Below, piece after piece: positions 48,060-61,000 of a stretch of DNA of 64,000 nt (the first letter of the stretch is position 1; each line of letters starts with the position of its first letter). Below the pieces are notes generated by a model. It was not told the DNA's origin, did no database searches, and worked only from the letters and a program-made list of their open reading frames with translations. Both the position numbers and the translations under genes were made by a program. The stretch comes from Botryllus schlosseri (lineage: Eukaryota), in assembly GCA_051294905.1 (NCBI GenBank), contig CM119379.1, forward strand, positions 27,652,001 to 27,716,000, read 5' to 3'.

Positions 48060-51000
48060 GGATTGAAAATTAGAGTTCCTGAGCTGTTTTTCCTTTATAT
48101 ATGACACAGTGCTCTCCCAATTTTCAAGCCTTAGATGATATTTGACCCTATCCTGTCTTAAGACTCACATGCTGCTAGATAAACTCACTTTTGGGTCAAT
48201 TCATATCGAGCTTTTGGCTCAATTCATCATTGAGATTTTTCTATGACCAGCAATTAACAATTTTCAACCGACAGTAACAGAATAGAATAGACAGCAAAGG
48301 TCACCCGTGCTCCCCAAATTTTTAGTATGACGTTTCACAGCGTTACAATGGATTCGTGATATCACATCATCGTTAAAAATTTGTTTCATATTGTTGGGTT
48401 TTGTATTTGGAGTTTAATTTGATTTCCAAGTTTTCAGAATTCAATAAATGTGATTCTATACAAATTTGGTAAAATCTTCAGTTTTCCGGCTCTGATAGTC
48501 AGTGATGTGCATCCACTTAGGGTCACGTTGAACTCTGGTGTTGAACTGTGCAGATAAACTCGATATTGTCCAAGTGTTGAATACTTTAACCAATCTCAGA
48601 CACCTGGGATGCCTCGTGGCGTGATTTCTCGCAGCTCATAACAGGAAGAATTTATTATCCTATGTAACATGTTTATTTGTTTAAGAAAATTCGTATATAA
48701 ATCCTAGCCCCTGACTCATAGGGTGGCCTCATCCGGATGGAAGCGTAAAATCAATTACTACACGGTCGAGAATCGTCTTGCAAGGCTGTAGGTCATTCTA
48801 GTTGTCAAGTTAGACTAATTTGAGTGAAATAGCGGTAATTTAATCTAATGCAATTAGAGGAATATTTCTATGCTTTCATTTTAATTCTAATCTCATTTTT
48901 GGTTTCCTGAAAATGATACAGGAGAACTGTATAGTGCGAAACGAGCCAAGCTCGCTGTGTTACAGACATTTGGCATTCTCCTGCTGGTGAGAATCAACTC
49001 AAAATTGCTATGATCTCAACTTGATTATTGTTGTATCTACTTTGCGAATTCAATAATTCTAATCTAATTTGGGAGAGCTAATATTTTATAGTTGTCCATA
49101 CTCTGCATGCGAAGCCGCTCTATGAAAAGACCGATCTAATTGCAGAGTCACGGTTGTTGGCAGGAGATAAAAAAATGCCACCGGTAGCGTCTTGAGTCTT
49201 CTTGACCGAAGTAAACGTTACTCAGTTCAGGCTCTGCGTTGGTCGTCGATGTGTGACGAATTGGGCGGAGCCGGCGATAAAATCGTAGCTGTTTCGATTC
49301 CGCTTAGTCCTTTGTTGACGGAATGTATGTATTATGCATAACGAACATGTGCCTGGTTGTCGGCGCTAAGTGACTGATGCGCAATCTGTCGAACAGGCTT
49401 TTCAAGTTTCTCAATCGATAGTTGGTTAGCGAGGGTTAAAAAGACAGGCGATTATTGGTATGCCTGTATAAACTTGATTGTGAGCTCGCTTATAGCACTG
49501 AATGTCACAATGTGGAAGGTTTCGTCCAGGGTTATAACCAGGTCACAAGTCAATAGAACTTCTATAGTTTTGACTCGAGTCATTTTCAATTCACCACCGA
49601 GTCGAGTCCAAGTCAGGGAGCAACGGGTAGAATCCGAGTCATAATGTTAAGACTCGAGTCCAAGTCATAATGTTCACTGTTGATTATAGAGTTCAAGTCA
49701 GGCTCAACTCATTTCTTTGAAACTCATGGGTGATACCGAAGGCCTCGGATTCATAATATGCTCACTTTCTCACTCTAAACATTTTTAATTCCTCAGATAA
49801 TTTTTCAAGTATATACGAGACTTGAAATAAGGCTAATATATTATGTCGACTGTCGAGTCATATAACTTGATCGAGTCATGCGCAATCGCTCGAGTACAAG
49901 TCGAGTCAATACACAAACTGATTCGAGTAGTGTCATTTTCAATTTGTAAAAAAAACTCGACTCGATTCATTGCAATCCTGATTTCATCTCTGGGGTCGTT
50001 CGCTCAGACGTGCGTCACCTGTTCTGCAACGCGCTATGCACGGTTGCATATGATAGCCACTTTGAGAGGCTAGCCTTGTTGGAATGGTAATAAACAGGTT
50101 TAGATCCGAGGTCCTAGTGATATCGGAACTTGAAGAGATTCTTGGAGTTACAGAACCTGTTATACTTGTAGCGAGCGAACATATTCAAAAAGACACCTCA
50201 CCACAGTTTAGTTTGTTTACATATCACGTAAAGTTCGGTCATGAATTTCTGCCGAAGCCCGCAGTTTTCCAGACCGCTCCATCCGCATGAAAACAGAGCT
50301 CTTGTAGGGGCAGTTTGAGGTATATAATATAGTTTCAAGTGCAAATATCGAGCAAATATGAAATGTTTTGTTTCAAAATGAACGGGTCAATACAGGGATT
50401 TTTTAGAAATTTTTTAGAAATCCCTGGGGTCAATATAGTAAAATCAAAAATTCAAACTCCACCTACGATATGGCACCAAGACGCGATAAAACGGCCGAGC
50501 ACATACATGTTGGCGTTAAGCGTCGAATTGAAGCCATTTTTGTCCTTATTCTCTGTTAAAATTGTGGATAAATGGTACAGAAGTCATCGTAATATTGGAT
50601 TTGTCAGAAATAGTAACAAAAATCCGCATTAGCGACGACTCGCGAAAAAACAATGCAATGCACATGTAGATTATAAGAAAATATTGTCTCGACTGTGGTG
50701 CGGTATGCTTCACTGCTTCAGTGATATGTTGGCGTTGGCAGAAAGCCATTACCGAAGTCATTGTTGTGGTGACTCGAGTTTTTTTAATTGACTTGCCTGA
50801 CTCCAGAGTCAAAATTTGCGGGGATTCGAAAGTAGTGACGTGAACACAACACTGCGGTGCGCCGATGGTTGTTTTCAAAATTTCACAGCAAAATTTTGTA
50901 TTAATTCAGAGTAATTAATAATTAAATACATATCGCTGGATCTCCTACTTCGAAGGATTCATTTGTTCTGCAGGTAAGTTTCGACATCACGGGGATTTCA

Positions 51001-52339
51001 TCCTTCCATATTGGTAGCGCTGTGCGCGATGATTCGAGTAGTGAGAGATGGTTTTGCGAGTAATGAAATCATTCGCTCCTTGTCACCAAGAGTTAATTTA
51101 TTAACGACAATGACATTTTCGATTCTATTTTCCACTATGGAAGCCTTGAAACCTTAGAAGGTCACTAGGCCGTATCATAGCATACGAAACATGTAGCACA
51201 AAGCTACGCGTTAGTGGAAATGGCATATCTGATTGTCTGTGAATCGTGATCCGCAGCATTGTCTAAAAGTGCAACGAAATAGGCATGGTCGAAATGATAC
51301 AAAACTATCATTATTGTGATGTAGAATTAGTGTTATATTCTTTGTGGTAGCATAAAGGCACACATTTTTTTCACACTGTTGTCGGGTGGTACTCGACTCG
51401 ACGCCTAATACTCGATGCGGAATGCAGATTATGTCCAGCGGCCAATCTCGCAGTCAGTCTAGATTAATAATACAGACGAGGTCGTACTACTCTGTCACTT
51501 GTTTTGAAACCTCTACTACGAAACGCGGCAGGCCATTCCACAACCAATTAACACTTTGATGACTTCCTCCTAAATATTTCAACAAACCGCCTCCGACAGC
51601 ACTGCGTTGCAATAATCAGTCCGTGAATTTCAGTACGCATGAAACAGGGATATCCCTGGCATGAGATACAGAACTGTCTTTGCGCACAGAAAGCCTCCCA
51701 ACTACCCGCACCGGTTCGATAAAGCTTATTGAATATGAATGATACGTGTGTATGTAAGCCAGCAGTGGCTGCCAATGATACTGGTTCAAAGTTTGTATAG
51801 CGAGTATGTGTACTGTGCGTTTTGATCAAACATAGGCGTTGGGTGCGGACATGTTTACTCGCTTAGTTAACTAGGTAGGTAGGATGGGCGTTCGTTAGTC
51901 AGGGTATTCCTATTTCAGGCCCGAGTTAGCATGCTTCTGAGTTGAGTTGTGACAGATATTGAATTGCGGGCGACTGATTAGAAGATGAGTCCTGGTCGTT
52001 TCGACACCTTCCAATCTTTTCGTAGTATCGCAGTCTAGTGGTGTTTGGAAATGATGAAAATTTCAATAATATGAAATTTATTGAATTAGCAATGTTGCTT
52101 TGAGGTTTTATAGAGGAGGAATTCGTAGCGCTTTGACGTTGTTTAAACATCGGAATTTGTTACGTGATACCAAGGCTCGAGCAGTTTGCTCGATCATCCC
52201 CAGGAATCCAGGATCGCAGTCAGTGACCTGCTTAAAACAGTCTGTATTTAACGGCAGCAGCGTGATGTCAATGCGTGAATCGCACATTTTTTGCATTTTT
52301 GTCAGAAATGTATGATATTGTGTAATCTTCTGTGAGAAA

Positions 52340-52357
52340 ATGTCCCGATTGTTCAAG
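52340..52357 (+). CDS. Candidate alternative first coding micro-exon of MYO1C (MSRLFK)
   Basis: gaaaATGTCCCGATTGTTCAAG|GTAAGT has a perfect donor in phase 0. It joins the acceptor ttttcag|55014 in frame, giving [21 protein letters not shown]. Confidence 0.55.
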
Positions 52358-53323
52358 GTAAGTGATTAAATTCACGTAAAGAACTTCAGTGGCGGTATCC
52401 ATCCTATGACGAGGACTGGGCAAAATCAAGTAGCTCCCCGTATTCGATTTCGAAGCGAGTATTAGGCTTCGAGTCCAGTCAAGTATTCGAGTACAGTATC
52501 ATACATTATGATGTCGATTATGATGCAAGTTCTACATAAAGAGGATTTTCTATTTTTTCCTGACCAAATTTATTTCATTTCACTTTGCGACAGTGCTGTG
52601 GGTTGATCAGGACGTCACAGAAATGTCAGTCCCACTAACGCGCCTATCTTTCTATTACATGCTTCGTATATTGCGATACGACTAATAGAGGTTCTAAAAT
52701 CTAAAGCATTAAAGGGGGAAAAATCGTTTTAAAAGTCCAACTCTTGTTGATAAATTACCTGTTAGTGCCAATGAGTGTAGCCTGTAACTTCAGTACTCGA
52801 AAGAATCACTTAGAATTAATACTAGATTGAGATTTGAGTAGCCTGCTCCAATCATTGTGCCTAGCCTGCTTACCACCTGACCAGAGCGGCCAAGTAAGAC
52901 CTCGATTTTCAATTGCAATTTCCCTCGCGTGTCTCAAATCATGTACTGATTCGCATTCATTCAATCACGTTTCTGTCTCCTATTTTGGTCAAATTGCGGT
53001 TTGACTTGGCTTCCTGAAGTGTCAACTCTCACTTTGATAGGTGGATAATTACGTCATGCGACGCGTTTCTGTGATCAATAGCTGATATTCTCGGCAATTT
53101 TGAGAATTGCAGAAGCGAATAGTTGTATTGGCCTTTGCTTTTATGTCGGACCAACCAAGTCAGTGTTTTCCGACATGGGACCCTCGATTAGGTGTCTTTA
53201 CTGTGAGACTTCCCGGCGAGCTTAGAACAAGTATGCGCTCACCAAGCTAGTATCAACTATACTATAAATGAGAGTGACGTAGCCAGTTACGTTAGGTTAG
53301 AATGAGGGGTGGCCCCGACCAGT

Positions 53324-54345
53324 CTTGGACAACATAGATAATTCTAGTTATATAATTGGACTAGTTTGAGCGAAATGCCGTAATCTAATTATAATCGATT
53401 TTCAAATGTTTTTGCTCTTATTCTAATTCTAATGTGATTTCTGGTTTTCTTGAAAATGCTACAGAACTGTATCGTGCGAAACAAGCCAAGGTCGCTGTTG
53501 CTCGCTATACCTGAATGATTCGATTCTGAATATCGTAATATGTTTCGAGTCGAGTAATCGAGTATTACTCGTTATGACGTCATAACAGACCGTAATATGT
53601 GAAAGTTCAAATATGTACCTTTTATGCCACCACAAAGAATGCAATGCCTGTTGTCCAACACATTAATGATAATTTGGTATTTTTTTTAACATACCGATTT
53701 TATTCCACTTGGTGACAGTGTTGTGGAACGAGCACGAGCATGATTTCGGAAATGTGCTATTCCAGTAACGTTCGTAGCTCTGTACTATATGTTACGTATG
53801 CTACGATACGGCCAATCAAGGTTTAAAGGATTCAACAGTGAAAATTATTGTCGAAACTGTCATTCTCGTTGATAAATTAACTTCGAGTGGCGAGAAGCGC
53901 ATAATTTAAGTACTCAAACAATCGTCTTTTACTATTCGACTCGAATCATTACAATTAATACTCGATTCAGATTCGTGTACTCGAACCATTGTGCCCAACC
54001 CTACTCGCTGTGCAGACATTTGTCATTCTCGTGCTTATGGGAATGAACTCTGGTTTGATATGAATAGAAAAAGCTTTCGCAAATTCAGTTATTCTTTCTA
54101 ATCTAATAATGAAATTCATGCGTAGCTATGATTCTAATTCTAATTTAATTTGACAAAGAATGTAGCTATAATTGTAATTGTAATGTAATTTGAAAAATGT
54201 AGCTTTCATTCTAATTCTAGTCTAATTTGGAGCAAACTGTGTAGCTATCATTCTAAATCTAGTATATTTTCGGAAAAAATTGTTATAGCTCTAATTCTAA
54301 TTGTAATTTAATTTAGAAAAACTGAAAATATTCTAGTTGTCCAAG
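53324..54345. mobile_element. Family A MITE (TAATTC-rich) with a family D MITE nested at about 53506-54002
   Basis: TIR CTTGGACAAC...GTTGTCCAAG. Family A core gaaaatgctacaggagaactgtatcgtgcgaaacgagccaagct...cagacatt recurs at about 290-540, 1190-1570, 3290-3420, 6540-6840, 16790-16990, 31640-32110 (x2), 37230-37500, 42700-42970, 48800-49090 and 63480-63770. Family D (tagggctgggcacaatgattcga termini) recurs at about 19580-19845, 30390-30692, 35700-35950, 39560-39860, 51050-51300, 52420-52870 and 62660-63000. Confidence 0.8.
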
Positions 54346-55040
54346 TTTAGTCCCGGCTGTAGCCCACTCGTAACCGCAGAGTTGGTTGGTTTCCGAGAAA
54401 CCAATCTTTGAGATCGTTGCTCAAACTTCTCTGACTCTGTCGTAGGCCTATATCGGAAAATCACTTAGTAGTGTGATCAGATTGAACCGGAATGGATGTC
54501 GGGATATTCCATAACTATGAGTTTCCGGTAAGCCTGTGGGATTTTCTGTTTTTAGAAACCAGATTTAGGTCAAAACAGTTGGTCAAAGCAGGAGTGAACT
54601 TTTACTTGATTACAAGCAGAAATACTGCTTAGACATACCAAAATTACTTTAAGTTGACGTAGAAAATGGGGGTTTAAAAGGGACTCGAGCACTGCGATTT
54701 CAAAAAGCATATTTGGTCGAAGGGCCACATACTTCTATCTGTTCATCTTCGGTGGCCATCTTCGACTAACGCAAAATGAGTTTTAAACAAGTTTTAGGTC
54801 ACGAGCATCTTTTGGTCGATTTCTCCGGTCGCTAGTAGCTGTGGTGATCATATTCTCAAATGATTAGGCGCACGTTTCTGTAGAAACGGCGGTTAGCGTC
54901 ACGGCGCAACCTGAATCTGGCCTTGAAACGGAAATGCTGTCTTCGAATTTTGAACTTCAATTGTATACAGTAAACTGCGTACCTCCAAGCGTCTCTTGAA
55001 ATTATGTTTTCAGCGAAGCGAGCGTCTCTCAATCCAAACC

Positions 55041-58000
55041 ATGGAGAGCGCTCTCACAGCTCGAGACAGAGTCGGAGTGCAGGACTTCGTGCTTCTGGAA
55101 AACTTCACGAGCGAGACTGCCTTCATCGAGAATCTACGCAAACGATCATCGGAACGACTGATCTACGTGAGCCACGAACTTTAGTTTTGTGCACACTGTT
55201 TTGAAACGTCGCTTTTCAGACTTACATCGGATCGGTGCTCGTCTCAGTCAACCCATATCGCCCGCTTAATATCTACACCGCATACCACCAAGAGAAATAT
55301 CAAGGCGTTAACTTTTATGAGATGCCGCCTCACGTGTAAGTCGCGATCCAGACTAGTACAAACTGCCCTGCCAATCTAGTTAGTCGACGGTCAACTAACG
55401 ATACTGTCTTTTATTAGTTCCATAGTTATGAATTTTGAAATTGAGGAATTCTAGAATTGAGGAGTTCTAGTTCTAGTTGGGTATCTAAAAAATTAGTTAC
55501 CAAACAACTAGAAAACACGTGTCGTTGTTTGGCTTGAATCGTGATACCGGTGTTCTGTTTCGTGATGTTCTTACAGCCATTGCTATCCGATTCCCGATCG
55601 AATAAAAATAAATGAGTTGCTTCGGAATTTAATCTATAGTTACTTGTATTCTTATTTTTTTCGTTGCTGATTTTTAAAGGTCATTCTAGTTTTGAAATCC
55701 AATAGTCTGTACAAGTTTGCCGGGACTCGGGAGTATAGGTAGGAAGCTTTCGACACCTTCCTAAATCTTTTCGTGGCGTAGCAATCTTGAGGTGTATTGA
55801 TCTGATGATATCTTTCCGATATTGATAACAATTTCAGGTACGCAATCTCGGATAACGTGTACCGATCCATGCGTAACGAAAACAAAGATCACTGCATCCT
55901 CATCTCCGGCGAGTCCGGATCCGGCAAAACCGAAGCCTCGAAGTATATTCTGCAATATCTAAGCGTTTGCAGCTCGAACAACGACAAAGTGGAGCACATC
56001 AAGAACCGACTTTTGCAATCCAACCCCGTGCTCGAGGTAAAGAACATATATTCGCATCACGCGTTCGGCGCGTGATCACATTCGTTTTTATCGCTGGTTA
56101 GTTCGCATGCTGTGCAAGTTCATGCGTCCTATTTACATCGCCTATAGGCCCAGGTGGGTGTTTGATTTCAAAAACTGCTCCCAAGTCGTTTCGACACCAT
56201 ATCTGTTCATTACAGTCGACGCAGCTACATTCGGACATCGATCATCCGTTAACAACCGACAATGAAATGAAGAGGTCGTGCCAGTCTTTTAGTCGCTTTT
56301 ACTTCGGTACAACTGCGTACGTTTTGTAGAACAGAAAGGCACGGAAAAGTTCTCTGCATAGCTAAAAGCTTTTTGTTTTTCATTTTCTAGTGTTTTCTGG
56401 AGTACTTTTTCAGGCGGAGTTTGTATTTCAGCCCTTTGAGAATTACTATACTGTTCAACCCTGTATGGGTGTTTTACACAACAATGTAGGAATTAAAATA
56501 TTGTAATTCTTGTAACGTTTCATATCGAAATGCAGTAGGCCTACCGTACGATACAACTAACCTAAACGCATAACTCTTGTGCGTTTTTATGCGATCAGCG
56601 CCAATTACTGTGTTGCGTAAAAATGAAACGCAACTGCGCCATACTGCAGTATCAGAACTGATCACATAAAACGCACAAGAGCACCTTCAGATTCGTTGTA
56701 TTGAACAGTATTTCGATACCATGCGCTTTAACAAGTACTGTATTACTGTGCAACACACATCGGGTTAATAAAGCAGCGAAGTATTTCTTCAAATAGATTA
56801 CTGAGCCGCGCAGCTAGGGCGGATACTGTATTTTCTGCACCGTTCTGTTTTACAATTTGGACGCGATTGCACGGAAGTAAAAGCGACTGTAAGGCTGGCA
56901 CGGCCATGCATCAGTTCATTGTCGATTGTTGATGGATGGATCTATTTTTTTCACCGCAATCAACCGTCTTGTGCTAATACAAACGAAGTACTGTTTAATG
57001 TGTCATATCATAACCTAACGATAGGAATTGCTAGCCTAGGGGTCTCCAACACGCGGCCCGCGGGCCGCATGCGGCCCGCGAGGTCATATTTTGCGGCCCG
57101 CGGCCTGATTTGGAGAAATTTTGGAAGAACGCTCAGTAAACCATTTCGAAATGCCGAAATTGATTTCAGTTTATTCATATCGTTGTTGCTGTTCAAAGTT
57201 AGCCATTCTACTGTACCCAATGTCACTTTTCCTTCGGTTCGTCATGGTAATATCATTCTATGGAGGAATAAAAATTATGCGGCCGTCGACACTCAATTCA
57301 ATTAGGATGTGTTGGCGGCTGTCAATATTATGCAAATTGAATTTACGAAATGACTCCCTAATTAATGAAAGGTTTGAACTATTCTTGAAATTTTCTTCGT
57401 GTTGCTCGCGCTTCAATGCGAGCTGATTTTGGGTTTTAATACAGCAGTGTCCGTTGTAATCTGAATCCCACAATACAGATGCGAAAAGCAGAGAAAAATG
57501 ATGCGCCCCATAAAGAAATACCAATCGTGTTCTTCTCATCCCGAATTAATTTTTTTTCTGGTGGCCCTGCGTTTGGGCGAATCCAATATATTTCCACTAT
57601 AACGACAAATGTAATGGGAGGTCAAGAAATACCTACATGCAACATATGGGACTAATGAGAAGTGGGTCACCCAAAGATGCACCACACCATTAATAGCTTC
57701 TCCAAGTTTTTGAAGATTCCCCCTGCAACTGCATAAACTCTACCGGTGAATCTGATCACGGGCCGAGAAAGGATGAATATTTGATAATAATATGTGAAAC
57801 TATACTAATATTAAATGACGAAATTCACTCATGAACATGAAAAAATTTTCGCGCTTCGCGCGGCTGCAGTACACCCTGTCGCTCTTCACAACATGACTAT
57901 TGACTATATTCACGATCTCGGTGCCCATAGTAAGCCGATATGAGTAAATATATTTGACCGGAGTGTACCAGCAATGGTCATAGTGAGTTTAACGTGGATA

Positions 58001-61000
58001 TCTGGCCCCAGTTTGTTTATTACCACTATGCACCGGAATGCGGCCGTGGGCTACATGAGTAATCGAAATGCGCCCGAGAATAGCAACAAGGTTATTTGGC
58101 CAACCCTGTTTTAGTAGCTACAGAGTGTTGTCAGGTATCGTGCGCAGATCATAGTTCAAATATAATGAAATTGATGCGCATGATATTTTTTGTTGTATTT
58201 GTGTTTGTTCAATGAAATATTATTCATTTTTTGGTTACTATGCCCATCGCCCATGTAAGAGAGCACAGCATTGTACTTGCGTAGAGTTATCATACGCTGC
58301 GTTGGCTATATTAATTTCGATATTAAAGTCATGCGGCCTGCGGTCTCTAAGAATTTTGAAAAGTGGCCCGCGACCCATTTTGAGTTGGCGACCCCTGTGC
58401 TAGCCTATATGTGACCGAATTAAACGCATACTTGTCTGAATTAGCGGGACTGCAGTTTTACTTTGGTCAGTTCCCGAGCATTTTGACCGAATGAAGCGGT
58501 TGCGGTGTTCGGAACCGAGGAAAATTTCAATAACATCACGTCTGATTCTTCCGCGTTTTGCAGGCTTTCGGAAACGCAAAGACACATCGAAATGACAACT
58601 CTTCTCGATTCGGGAAATACATGGACGTGCAGTTCGACTACCGCGGCGCTCCCGTGGGCGGCCACATCCTAAACTACCTGCTGGAAAAGTCTAGAGTTGT
58701 AAGCAGATCTGTGGACCCAGACTTGTACAAAATACTGGACTTTTAAAATTCGCAACCGTAGAATCAGAACTACTCAGTTTTCAAAGCTCGCAACTAGAAC
58801 TAGAATTATTCACTTTTCAAAATTCGCATCTAGAACTAGAACTATATCTACTACGTCACTTATCAGTGTGATGACTCTGAGCTAGCAATGGCTGCAAAAA
58901 CATCACATCACAGAACACCGGTATCACTATTCACGACAAACGACAACACGGGTTTTTAGCTGTTCGGCGACATATTTCTAAATGCGCAACTAGAACTACA
59001 ACCAATCACTTTCCTAAATCTGCAACTAGAACTAGAACTACTCGAAAAGCAGTAGTTGTTTGACCGATAACTAACTAGATTGGTAGGTGGTACAATGGCT
59101 ACAATGTCTGTGTAGCCCAGAAATGTTTGATGGGTCGTGACAGGTTCACCAAGCGCAAGGAGAGCGGAATTTCCACATCTTCTATCAATTTCTGGAGGGA
59201 GCGGACGACGAGACGCTACGAAGAATGCAGTTGAAGAGAAACCCGAACGATTACGCCTACTTATCCGGGGTGAGTCGCGGACTTGGATGATATATGAGCG
59301 GTTGGTCAACATTTGAGCATGCGATATCATGAAAACCGCTAAGTGGTGTAAGTAGCCGTCGTTGCTATTGCTACTCGAATAGAAGTAACAACCCAAATCC
59401 ACACTCCAGTAGAAATAGCGGTTTCCAAGTAAGTAAAAAAGTAGATTAGGCCTTATTTGACTGTGAAGCACAAGTAGAATTCGCCTAAAATCGTAATCCT
59501 TGAGAACGTAGTGCAAGCAGGCAAGCAAACCCCACTTGAGTACTTCGAAAAAAGTAGAACACTGGCCAACTCTGATTTATAATGAGACAAAATGAGTATA
59601 TTGTGAATGCGATGGAATCGTTTCACCCGACCAGAGTTGTAAAAAAGGAGTTGAACCCGAGACCGAACAGTGCCAATGAGCAGTGTGACTCGGACTCGAG
59701 TGTTAGCACTACGTTTCGACCCTTTGATCCCTGACTTGAACTCGGAGTTTAGGGTGGTTTGTCGAGTCAAAACTATAAACGTAAGATCGACTTGTAACCC
59801 GGTTTCAGGGCAAGTGCGCCAGGGTTCCGTCCATCAACGACAAAAAAGATTTTCAAACCGTCAAGAATGCCCTCAAGGTCGTCGACTTTCCGGAAGAGGA
59901 TGTGAGTATTGAACAATTAGGGTTGGGTTAGGGCAAAGAATAAGTGGCATAAATTTTGACAATTTTCATTGGAAACTCTGTTTGGTGATGGTCATGTTGT
60001 TGCGCATAAGAAATCACACCCGACCGTTGCCATTTACGTTCGATCGATGCCCTTTTCACTCTTGAACCGACTCATTTCAGTCTCTGTTCTCGATCGTGTC
60101 GAGCGTTCTGCATCTTGGAAACGTTTGCTTCGACGACTCGGGCGGAAAAGCGACCATTTCCAACGATACCATGAGCCACGTTCGAATCGTCGCTGTGGTG
60201 AGTATATCGTGAGAAAGTCTCCATAACGCTCATGCAGTTTATTGATTATTTCGCCGATTCAACACGGGCCTTTATTTTGTACAATCAAGCTATAAAGCTA
60301 ATGGAACTAATGAAGACTATGGAAATAATGAACACAGGGATTATTATGAAACAATATTGAACTTCAAAAACCCGCATTTGCATCCGAATATCAATATGAT
60401 GGACTTGGATTGTATAAAGTCTCCACAACTCTCATCGAGTTATTGGTTGTTTCATTGAGTCAAACCACCAGTGTGGGTATAGACCACCTAACCGCGAAAT
60501 CCGTGATGCCGATGACTATAAAAGAAGTTAATCATTTTAACCTAGTTCCAATCATCGCGGCCTGATTACCGGTTTCAGTGCAATTATTAGTGTTCAGTTC
60601 GTGTTGCTATTGTAACCCGTAATGAGCACTAAAAATCAGACGATAAGGAGAGATATTTTAAATAAACACTACGTAGTTTTATAGGTCTGTTTTCTGTATT
60701 GGCTTTTCATAGAAACCGTCAAACTAATCCGTGGATTGCGGAATCCCTGGTCAACAACTTCGGCGCTAAAATAAAAAGATAAAAACGGGTTAAAACGAGT
60801 TGGAGTAGTCTTTCCATCAGACACCCGCCTGAGGTGTCTGCCACGGAGTACTTGCACTCTTTCAGAGTATTCAAGTTTAAACTACTTCCACACTGTAAAT
60901 CCATGCATACAAATAGGCGCATTGATCAGATTTCCACCATATCGTAGGGTGTGAATCAGCTAAAGGCACTCTCGTAAATCGAATCGTGCTTTCACACCCT

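Noticed and set aside
58956-59528. 190-codon minus-strand ORF
   Set aside because: It is a composite of family B and E MITE sequence and the antisense of a MYO1C exon.
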